Positions 7,628 through 14,603 of a DNA stretch of 32,000 nucleotides are shown here, one piece after another (the stretch's first letter is position 1; the number at the start of each line of letters is the position of its first letter). Position numbers and translations under genes: made by a program. Location: NCBI RefSeq assembly GCF_001457595.1, contig NZ_LN831039.1, positions 3,990,001-4,022,000 on the forward strand, given 5' to 3'. The DNA comes from Mycolicibacterium smegmatis. GTDB taxonomy: Bacteria; Actinomycetota; Actinomycetes; Mycobacteriales; Mycobacteriaceae. A model generated the notes under the pieces. It saw only the letters and a program-made list of their open reading frames with translations, had not been told where the DNA came from and did not search any database.

Positions 7628-9136
7628 TCAGCGCTGGGCCAGGCTGAAGCCCTCCCACGCGAGCCGCCGGTCGGCGTCGGGGTCGTATTCGACGCGTGGC
7701 CTGGTGTCGAACACGTACACCGCACGCTCGTCGTGCCGGTAGGCCGGCCACCCGTCACCGGGGACGCCCGCGCGGCTGAAGTCGCGCCAGCGGGTCTGGA
7801 TGTCGCGGCTGACCCGCCGTGCGGACCTGCGGTCGGCCATCGCGGTCAGCATCGACCCGTATCTCGTGCGGTACGTGTCGAATACGGCCAGCAGCTCCAT
7901 CGCATGGGTGGCCCCGAGGCCCGACCAGCGCAGGGCGCGCGGGGCGTAGTCGTAGCGGTACACATACGTGGGCGCGTGGCGGCTGTGCGCCTCGGCCACC
8001 TGCCACGTGGCCGAACCGAACGCGAAGTCGCCACCCAGACGCACACACACGTCCCGGTCGGGGTAACCGGGATAGGCCGACAGGATCCGCTCGCGGTGCT
8101 CGGGGTCGGCATCGGCGAACAGCTTCTCGATCATCGGTTCGTTGGTCGGCAGCAGCGGCAGGAACCGCGTGAACAGCCGGCCCTCCTCGGCGTTGTTGCC
8201 CACGATGAGCGGCACCCGGTGCGCGCTCCCCGCTGCCATCGCCTCGACCGGGTCTGTCGGCAGGAACTCGGTGCCGTAGGTCGGGCCGACCGGGAACGCA
8301 CCGGGCATATCCGTCATGCCACGGTTGATGAGTTCTTCGAGCGCGCGGCCGAGTTGGGCTGGGCTCAGCGTCTTGAGCGCCTCGGCGGCGTCGCGGCCAC
8401 CGTGCCCGATGATCCCGGCGTACTGCCCGGCCAGACGCGCGGCCGTGTCCGCCGAACTGACCATGCCGCTGGCCGGGCTCTCGGAGATCACCCGTGCGAA
8501 CAACCCCCGGGCCGCGGGCACGGCCAACAGCGTCGCGACGGCGTGCGCGCCCGCGCTCTCGCCGAAGATCGTCACGTTGTCCGGATCGCCGCCGAACACC
8601 GCGATGTTGTCGCGGACCCACTGCAGCGCGAGCACCAGGTCGCGCAGGAACAGGTTGTCGTCGATCGGGTGCTCCGGTGTGGACAACGACGACAACTCCA
8701 TGGCGCCGAGCACACCGAGGCGGTAGTTGACCGACACGTACACACATCCCCGACGGGCGAGCGCGGCACCGTCGTAGATCGGGGTCGCCGAACTGCCGAG
8801 GACATACCCGCCGCCGTGGACGAAGAACATCACCGGCAGCGGTCCGTCGTGGGGTTTCTCGGGCGCCACCACGTTGAGCGTCAGGCAGTCCTCGCTGGTC
8901 GGCTGGTACTTGCCGACGCCCAGCAGCGTGTAACGGCGCTGCTGGGGTGCGCAGAAGCCGAATCCGTGGCAGTAGCGCACGCCGGGCCACGGCTCGGCGG
9001 GCTGCGGTGCCCGCAGGCGCAGCGGGCCGATGGGCGCCCGGGCGTAAGGGATGGAACGCCAGCGATGTACGCCGTCTCGCGTGAACCCCTCGATGATCCC
9101 GGTGCTGATCTCTGCGCGGACGGTGCGTTCGTGCAT
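7628..9136 (-). CDS. Type-B carboxylesterase/lipase (cholinesterase-family, para-nitrobenzyl-esterase-like), 502 aa
   Basis: WRSIPYARAPIGPLRLRAP, oxyanion VHGGGYVLGS, nucleophile IFGESAGA. Confidence 0.9.
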   Translation of the reverse strand: MHERTVRAEISTGIIEGFTRDGVHRWRSIPYARAPIGPLRLRAPQPAEPWPGVRYCHGFGFCAPQQRRYTLLGVGKYQPTSEDCLTLNVVAPEKPHDGPLPVMFFVHGGGYVLGSSATPIYDGAALARRGCVYVSVNYRLGVLGAMELSSLSTPEHPIDDNLFLRDLVLALQWVRDNIAVFGGDPDNVTIFGESAGAHAVATLLAVPAARGLFARVISESPASGMVSSADTAARLAGQYAGIIGHGGRDAAEALKTLSPAQLGRALEELINRGMTDMPGAFPVGPTYGTEFLPTDPVEAMAAGSAHRVPLIVGNNAEEGRLFTRFLPLLPTNEPMIEKLFADADPEHRERILSAYPGYPDRDVCVRLGGDFAFGSATWQVAEAHSRHAPTYVYRYDYAPRALRWSGLGATHAMELLAVFDTYRTRYGSMLTAMADRRSARRVSRDIQTRWRDFSRAGVPGDGWPAYRHDERAVYVFDTRPRVEYDPDADRRLAWEGFSLAQR

Positions 9137-9142
9137 GAGGCG

Positions 9143-9148
9143 ACGGTA
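9143..9148 (-). promoter_or_regulatory. -10 hexamer TACCGT, leaderless-type promoter of the esterase gene
   Basis: On the minus strand: TACCGT, 6 nt, then ATG (9136); no SD. Confidence 0.35.
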
Positions 9149-9213
9149 GCCGAAAGTGGTGGTCGTATGCCCGACCGGGCACCGCGCAGACGTGCTCGTG
9201 TCAGGTCAACCGC

Positions 9214-9219
9214 TAGCCT
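9214..9219 (+). promoter_or_regulatory. -10 hexamer TAGCCT, leaderless-type promoter of the lipoprotein gene
   Basis: TAGCCT, 6 nt, then ATG 9226. Confidence 0.35.
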
Positions 9220-9225
9220 GGCGGA

Positions 9226-9915
9226 ATGCGGACTGCTGTGATCCTCGCGGCGTCTGTGCTTGTGGCAGGGTGTGCATCGGGTGGCCGGGAGGCCGCGCCG
9301 ACGTCGCAACCGGAGTTGTCCGTGCCTGCCAGTACCACGCACACGACGAGCGCCAAACCGTCACCGACCACTCCGATCCCCACCGCGGCACCGGCCGCGG
9401 GAACCCCCATGCCGCAGGTCATCCGGTGGGTCGAGGCCGGCACCCTGGCCGACGTCGCCGGGTTCCACAACGCCACGCGCGACGGCGAGACCACCGACCT
9501 CGGCGACGACATCGCGTTCGTCGCGGCCGGGGCCCGCTGCGTCACCGAGAAGCTGGCCGGTGGGCAGCTGGCGTGCCTGGTCACCGAGGGTGATCTGCCG
9601 TCCAAACCGTCCGATGTCGAGGGCAACTGGGTTGCCGGGTGGGTGGATTTCGCGGGACCGACGGTCGATGTCGGCTCCCTGCACGGCGATCCGGGTCTGT
9701 TCACCTACGGTGACGGCGCCGAGCTGACGGCCGGGCAGTCGCTGGCGTTCGGCGACTACCGCTGCCGCGCCGACGCCTCGGCGCTGGTGTGCGTCAACTT
9801 CGCACACCAGTCCGGGATCCGCCTCGACGACAAGGGCGTGGCGCCGCTGGGCTGCCTGCGCCCGGTGAATCCTCCGGTCGGCGTGGGCCGCCAGTTCAGC
9901 TGCGAACCGGATTAA
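9226..9915 (+). CDS. Putative secreted lipoprotein (229 aa), function unknown
   Basis: Signal peptide MRTAVILAASVLVAGC with lipobox LVAGC, a Thr/Pro/Ala-rich linker, and several Cys pairs in the mature part. Confidence 0.8.
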   Translation: MRTAVILAASVLVAGCASGGREAAPTSQPELSVPASTTHTTSAKPSPTTPIPTAAPAAGTPMPQVIRWVEAGTLADVAGFHNATRDGETTDLGDDIAFVAAGARCVTEKLAGGQLACLVTEGDLPSKPSDVEGNWVAGWVDFAGPTVDVGSLHGDPGLFTYGDGAELTAGQSLAFGDYRCRADASALVCVNFAHQSGIRLDDKGVAPLGCLRPVNPPVGVGRQFSCEPD

Positions 9916-11018
9916 GCGGCGACGCCTTTGCGCCGCAGGATCGGCAGTACGCCCTCGGCGAACCAGTACGACTCCTCCAGGTGCGGGTACCCCGACAGGA
10001 TGAACTCGTCGAAGCCCAGTGAGTGGTACTCGTAGATGAGGTTCGCGACCTCTTCGTGGCTGCCGACCAGCGCGGTGCCCGCTCCCCCGCGCACCAGGCC
10101 GACCCCGGCCCACAGGTTCGGGTAGATCTCGAGTTTGTCGGTCCGCCCCCCGTGTAGCGCGGTCATCCGGCGTTGCCCCTCTGATTCCGACTTCGAGTGC
10201 AAGGCAGTGGCTTTGGCGATCGCCTCGGGGTCGAGGCCGGCGACCATATCGTGGGCGACGGCCCAGGCCGCGGCCGAGGTGTCGCGCGAGATGGTGTGCA
10301 GCCGGATACCGAACCGCACCGTGCGTCCGCGCTCTTCGGCGAGCGCGCGCACCCTCGCAATCTTGGCCGCGGCGTCCTGCGGTGGCTCACCCCACGTGAG
10401 GTAGACGTCGACGTGTTCGGCGGCGATCGGCATCGCCGCCGGTGACGAACCGCCGAAGTAGATCTGCGGCAACGGATCCGGCGGCGCGGACACCCTGGCG
10501 TCGGCCACCTTGTAGTAGGTGCCCTCGTAGTCGAGCGACTCGTCGCCCGATTGCCGCCACAACCGGTTGACGATGTGCAGGAACTCGCCGGTGCGCGCGT
10601 AGCGCTCGTCGTGGTCGAGCCAGTCCCCGAAACGGCGTTGTTCCACGTTGTCGCCGCCGGTGACGATGTTGAGCAGCACCCGGCCCTCCGAGAACCGCTG
10701 CAGCGTCGCGGCCTGCTGCGCGGCCAGCGTCGGCGGCACCAGGCCGGGACGGAACGCCACCAGGAACTTGAGCCGTTCGGTCTCGGCGAGCAGCGCCGAG
10801 GTGGTCAACCAGGCGTCCTCGCACCACGTCCCCGTCGGCGTCAGCACGCCCTCGTACCCCAGTCGGTCGGCGGCGCGCGCCACCTCGGCCAGATAGCGCC
10901 GCGTGGGCGCCCGGTAGTTGTCGGGCACCGAGTGCTGCGACGACGCGTGCGACGAACCGACGATCCCGCGACTGTCGCCCGCGGTGGGCAGGAACCAGAA
11001 GAACTTCGCGAAGGTCAT
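9912..11018 (-). CDS. ssuD: FMNH2-dependent alkanesulfonate monooxygenase (LLM family), 368 aa
   Basis: MTFAKFFWFLPTAGDSR...ADRLGYEGVLTPTGTWCEDAWL...RLKFLVAFRPG...LLNIVTGGD parallels E. coli SsuD. A strong SD (AGGAGGAGG) precedes ATG 11018. Confidence 0.9.
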   Translation of the reverse strand: MTFAKFFWFLPTAGDSRGIVGSSHASSQHSVPDNYRAPTRRYLAEVARAADRLGYEGVLTPTGTWCEDAWLTTSALLAETERLKFLVAFRPGLVPPTLAAQQAATLQRFSEGRVLLNIVTGGDNVEQRRFGDWLDHDERYARTGEFLHIVNRLWRQSGDESLDYEGTYYKVADARVSAPPDPLPQIYFGGSSPAAMPIAAEHVDVYLTWGEPPQDAAAKIARVRALAEERGRTVRFGIRLHTISRDTSAAAWAVAHDMVAGLDPEAIAKATALHSKSESEGQRRMTALHGGRTDKLEIYPNLWAGVGLVRGGAGTALVGSHEEVANLIYEYHSLGFDEFILSGYPHLEESYWFAEGVLPILRRKGVAA

Positions 11019-11029
11019 GGCGCCTCCTC

Positions 11030-12052
11030 CTAATCGCGCTCGATGTACAGCGGGCTCAGTTGGTCGGCGAAGCGGCGGTCCACCCACTGCGAGAAGTCCG
11101 GGGCCGACGCGATCTGACCCGATTCGGCGAACAGGTCGGCCATCTCCTGTTCGGAGGCGACGAGTTCGTCGGACAGGTCGGTGGGCAGGCGCAGGCTGCG
11201 GCCCTGCGCGACGGCACCCACCTCCGGATCCAGCCCCACCTCGGCCGAGTAGCGCGCCACCCACTCGTCACGGTTGTCGTGGGCCCACTTGACGGCCTTC
11301 GAGTAGCGCACCAGCAGATCGGCGAGCGCGGTGTTGCGTTTCGGGTCGGCCAGCGCCGCTACGGATGCGACGCCGAACCCGGCGCCGTTGGTCACGCCGG
11401 TGGCCTGTGCGATGCTGCGCACCGGCAGCTCCTTCTCGGCCTGCGCGGTGTAAGGGTCCCACACCGCCCACACGTCGACACGGCCCTGCTTGAACGCCGA
11501 GAGGGCGTCGGCCGGCTGCAGGAAGACCAATTTGACGTCGTCGGGGGTCAGACCGGCCCGGTGCAGCTGCACGAGCGTATGACCGTGCGCCGAACTGCCT
11601 TTGGCCAGCGCGATGCTCTTGCCGCGCAGATCGGTGACCTCCTGGATCGGGGAATCGGCGTGCACCAGAAGCTGATCGCCGAACCCGCCGCCGTCGTAGG
11701 CCGACACGACCTTCACCTTGGCGTTGGACGCGGCGCCGAAGATGGGTGGGGTGTTGCCGGTGATCGCGAAGTCGATCTTGCCCGCGGTGGCCGCCTCGAT
11801 CTGCGGCGGACCCGAGGTGAACGTCGAGAACGCCACGTCGTACGGCAGGTCCTCGAGCGCGCCCGCCGCGCGCAGCAGCGCCTCGGTGCCGCCCTTCTGA
11901 TCGCCGATCTGCAGTGTGAGACCGGACAATTCGCTCAGCGGCACGGTCTCGGGCGCGGCCTGCGGCGCCGACTGGTCCGCGCGGGACACGCAGCCCGCGA
12001 GCAGTCCGATGGCGAGCGCAGCCGCGGCGACGATCCGGATTGATCTGACCAC
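11030..12052 (-). CDS. ssuA: Aliphatic sulfonate ABC transporter substrate-binding lipoprotein, 340 aa
   Basis: GTG 12052; signal peptide/lipobox AIGLLAGC; SsuA-type periplasmic binding-domain sequence; 11 nt upstream of ssuD. Confidence 0.85.
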   Translation of the reverse strand: MVRSIRIVAAAALAIGLLAGCVSRADQSAPQAAPETVPLSELSGLTLQIGDQKGGTEALLRAAGALEDLPYDVAFSTFTSGPPQIEAATAGKIDFAITGNTPPIFGAASNAKVKVVSAYDGGGFGDQLLVHADSPIQEVTDLRGKSIALAKGSSAHGHTLVQLHRAGLTPDDVKLVFLQPADALSAFKQGRVDVWAVWDPYTAQAEKELPVRSIAQATGVTNGAGFGVASVAALADPKRNTALADLLVRYSKAVKWAHDNRDEWVARYSAEVGLDPEVGAVAQGRSLRLPTDLSDELVASEQEMADLFAESGQIASAPDFSQWVDRRFADQLSPLYIERD

Positions 12053-12066
12053 GTGTGGTCCCCCCT

Positions 12067-12096
12067 GTCGTGTGTCTGTCTCGGTCGTGTGTCTGT
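12067..12096. repeat. 13-bp perfect direct repeat x2 (period 17 bp) in the ssuB-ssuA spacer
   Basis: GTCGTGTGTCTGT at 12067-12079 and again at 12084-12096. Confidence 0.85.
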
Positions 12097-12834
12097 TTAC
12101 AACTGCACGCCGAGGTGTTCGAGCAGTTCGGCGCGGTAGCGTTCGGTGGCCGGCGACGGGTCCCCCGGGGATCGCCGGGTGTCCTCGATGTCGAGGGTGT
12201 GCACCACTGCGCCGTCCTCGAGGACCAGCACGCGGTCGGCCAGGGCGACGGCCTCGTCGACGTCGTGGGTCACCAGCAGCACCCCGAATCCGTGCTCGCG
12301 CCACAGATCGAGCAGCAGTGTGCGCATGCTGAGTCGGGTCAGCGCGTCGAGCGCGCCGAACGGTTCGTCGAGCAACAGCAGTTGCGGCTCGGCGACGAGT
12401 GCGCGGGCCAGCGAAACCCGTTGCGCCTGACCACCGGACAACGTCAAAGGCCACACGTCGCCACGGTCGGCGAGCCCCACGTCGGCCAGCGCACGGTCCG
12501 CGCGGGCGAGTGCCTCACCGCGCGGCAGGCGCGTGCGGGTCAGGCCGTAGGAGACGTTGGTGCGCACATCACGCCACGGGAACAGCCGCGGTTCCTGGAA
12601 CGCCAGCGCGGGTGCGCCTGCCACGTGGCACTCGCCGGTGTGGTCGGTCGACAGTCCGGCCAGCACGCGCAGCACGGTGGACTTGCCCGACCCGCTGCGC
12701 CCGATCAGCGCGACGATCTCGCCGCGGCCGATGCGCAGCGAGACGTCACGCAGGACGTGGTGGCGGCCGTACCACTTGTTCACGCCGCGCAGTTCGGCCG
12801 CGGTGGTGACGGATCGTTCGGAGGTGACGGTCAT
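12097..12834 (-). CDS. ssuB: Aliphatic sulfonate ABC transporter ATP-binding protein, 245 aa
   Basis: Walker A GRSGSGKST, signature LSGGQAQR, Walker B LLLLDEP. ATG 12834 overlaps the ssuC stop (ATGA). Confidence 0.9.
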   Translation of the reverse strand: MTVTSERSVTTAAELRGVNKWYGRHHVLRDVSLRIGRGEIVALIGRSGSGKSTVLRVLAGLSTDHTGECHVAGAPALAFQEPRLFPWRDVRTNVSYGLTRTRLPRGEALARADRALADVGLADRGDVWPLTLSGGQAQRVSLARALVAEPQLLLLDEPFGALDALTRLSMRTLLLDLWREHGFGVLLVTHDVDEAVALADRVLVLEDGAVVHTLDIEDTRRSPGDPSPATERYRAELLEHLGVQL

Positions 12835-13637
12835 GTGCGGTACCTCAGGGCTCGGCGTTCCAGGGCTCTCACGATCGCGTCGGTCCCGATGCCCAGCAGT
12901 GCGTAGACGATCAGGCCGAAGATGATGATGTCGATGCGCAGGAAATCGCGTGCGTTGTTGATGAGGAAGCCGATTCCCGAGTCGGCGTTGATCTGTTCGG
13001 CCACGATCAGCGTGAGCCACGCGATGGCCAGTGACTGGCGGAAACCGACCAGCACCTGAGGCGCCGCACTGGGCACGATGATGGTGCGGAATCGCTGCCA
13101 GAACGAGAAGCCCAGCACCTGAGCGGTTTCGAACAGCTTGGGGTCCACCTGGCGGATCGCCGAGAACGTGTTGAGGTACAGCGGGAAGCTGACGCCCAGC
13201 GCCACGAGCAGCACCTTGGGCAGTTCGCCGATGCCGAACCACACGATGAACAGCGGGATCAGGCCGAGGTGCGGCAGCGCGCGGATCATCTGCATCGGCG
13301 GGTCGACGGTCGCCTCGAGCCACCGCGACAATCCGACCGCGGTGCCCAGCGCGACGCCGATGACGCCGCCGAGCAGCAGACCGATGACGACGCGCGCGCC
13401 GGAAACCCGTAGCGCGTCGGCCAGTTGGCCGTTGCGGATGAGCTCGATGCCGGCTTCGACGATCAGCGACGGAGCGGGCAGGACGTCCTGCGAGATGAGG
13501 CCGACCGCGCTGCCGAGCTGCCACAGGCCCAGCAGCACCACCGGTGAGATCACCCGGATGATCGCCCATTTCCGGTGGCTCAACCGGCGAGTGACAGTGG
13601 GTGCCGTCGGGGCGGCCAGCACACTGGAACCAGTCAC
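12831..13637 (-). CDS. ssuC: Aliphatic sulfonate ABC transporter permease, 268 aa
   Basis: Multi-TM BPD-type permease with GTG start, first gene of the ssuCBAD string. Confidence 0.9.
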   Translation of the reverse strand: MTGSSVLAAPTAPTVTRRLSHRKWAIIRVISPVVLLGLWQLGSAVGLISQDVLPAPSLIVEAGIELIRNGQLADALRVSGARVVIGLLLGGVIGVALGTAVGLSRWLEATVDPPMQMIRALPHLGLIPLFIVWFGIGELPKVLLVALGVSFPLYLNTFSAIRQVDPKLFETAQVLGFSFWQRFRTIIVPSAAPQVLVGFRQSLAIAWLTLIVAEQINADSGIGFLINNARDFLRIDIIIFGLIVYALLGIGTDAIVRALERRALRYRT

Positions 13638-13715
13638 GGTGAGCCGACGTTACGCAGCACCGCCGTGGGTCGTAAGGATTGAAATCGGGCTGAGTCAAAG
13701 GAAATGAAATACGAA

Positions 13716-13761
13716 CCGGCCCCGCGGGAGTGACCGGGCGGTGTCACTCCGGCGGGGCCGG
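13716..13761 (-). terminator. Intrinsic terminator of the upstream lipoprotein gene
   Basis: 19-bp stem with 1 mismatch (CCGGCCCCGCGGGAGTGAC / GTCACTCCGGCGGGGCCGG) and an 8-nt loop. On the minus strand it is followed by TTCGTATTTCATTTCCTTT. Confidence 0.7.
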
Positions 13762-13782
13762 GGCTCAGAGTTTACCGGCGGC

Positions 13783-14517
13783 TCAGCCGAACCGGGTCTT
13801 GCCGGTGACGAGTTCGGGCGTCACCTCGTGGCCGTTGATGGTCGACCGGAACGTGCCGTTCTGCAGTCGGATCAGCTGCTGGGCCTGCTGGAGCTTGCGC
13901 TTGTTGCGGACCTGCGACTGGAACTGTGCGGCGTTCAGCTGCTGCAGTTCGGCCTGCTCGAAGTCGCGGCCGGTGATGCCGCCGTTGAACTGCACACCGG
14001 TGACCGAACCGTCGGTGTGCACGATCCACGACGACCGCACGCCCTCGAACGCCGCGGTGTACATGCCCGCGGGTTCGCTGACCGGCATCGCGGTGAACGT
14101 GTAGTTGACGCCGTTCATGGTCAGCTCGCCCTTGGCGTCGGTCGCGGTCATGTCGGCCTTGAGGGTGTCACGGAACTTTCCCGTGATGTCGATGTCGCCG
14201 TCGGCCTGGTTGCCGAAGAACCACGCCTCGTCGTCGACGCCGTTGCACGCGTATGCCGTGACCATGTCGCCGTCGACCGCGATGCCGATGCTCATGGTCT
14301 TGCCGTCCGGCGTCGGCATGTCGGCCATGTACCGAATGGCCTCAGGCAGTGGTGCGGGCGCCTCGGACGCAGCCGAGGTGGCGGCCGGGGTGGTCGCCGC
14401 CGGCGTGGCCGTCTCGGACGTCGTTCCGCTGGAGCATGCGGACATCGTGCCGAGTGTGACCATGGCGCCGACACCGATGATCAGTAAGCGGAGGTGTTTT
14501 CTCATGTGATCAAGCAT
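13783..14517 (-). CDS. Putative lipoprotein, function unknown
   Basis: Signal peptide MRKHLRLLIIGVGAMVTLGTMSAC (lipobox MSAC). Start is ATG 14517 (GGAG 4 nt upstream) or ATG 14505. GC3-rich. Confidence 0.75.
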   Translation of the reverse strand: MLDHMRKHLRLLIIGVGAMVTLGTMSACSSGTTSETATPAATTPAATSAASEAPAPLPEAIRYMADMPTPDGKTMSIGIAVDGDMVTAYACNGVDDEAWFFGNQADGDIDITGKFRDTLKADMTATDAKGELTMNGVNYTFTAMPVSEPAGMYTAAFEGVRSSWIVHTDGSVTGVQFNGGITGRDFEQAELQQLNAAQFQSQVRNKRKLQQAQQLIRLQNGTFRSTINGHEVTPELVTGKTRFG

Positions 14518-14539
14518 GTATCTCCGCCGGCCCCCGCAC

Positions 14540-14568
14540 ATGGAGAATGTATGGAGATTGCATGGAGA
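14540..14568. promoter_or_regulatory. Three 7-bp direct repeats ATGGAGA with 4-bp spacers (11-bp phase): candidate OmpR/PhoB-type operator
   Basis: ATGGAGA at 14540, 14551 and 14562, between the wHTH-regulator stop (14604) and the lipoprotein start. Confidence 0.5.
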
Positions 14569-14603
14569 TCCCCGGCGAATCCCGGGGCGTCGGATCGAGC
14601 GGG

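Noticed and set aside
6042-9241. 566-aa and 558-aa plus-strand ORFs (6042..7742, 7565..9241)
   Set aside because: They are antisense shadows of the amine oxidase and carboxylesterase genes, both of which carry clear catalytic motifs.
9361-10113. 250-aa minus-strand ORF spanning the lipoprotein/ssuD junction
   Set aside because: It is out of frame with both supported genes, has Arg/Gly-rich composition, and crosses a convergent gene boundary.
14540-14568. ATGGAGA repeats as a CRISPR/minisatellite or as coding sequence (ORFs 14494..15270, 14547..14777)
   Set aside because: There are only three 7-bp units with 4-bp spacers, far too short for CRISPR. The overlapping plus ORFs are antisense shadows of the regulator gene.
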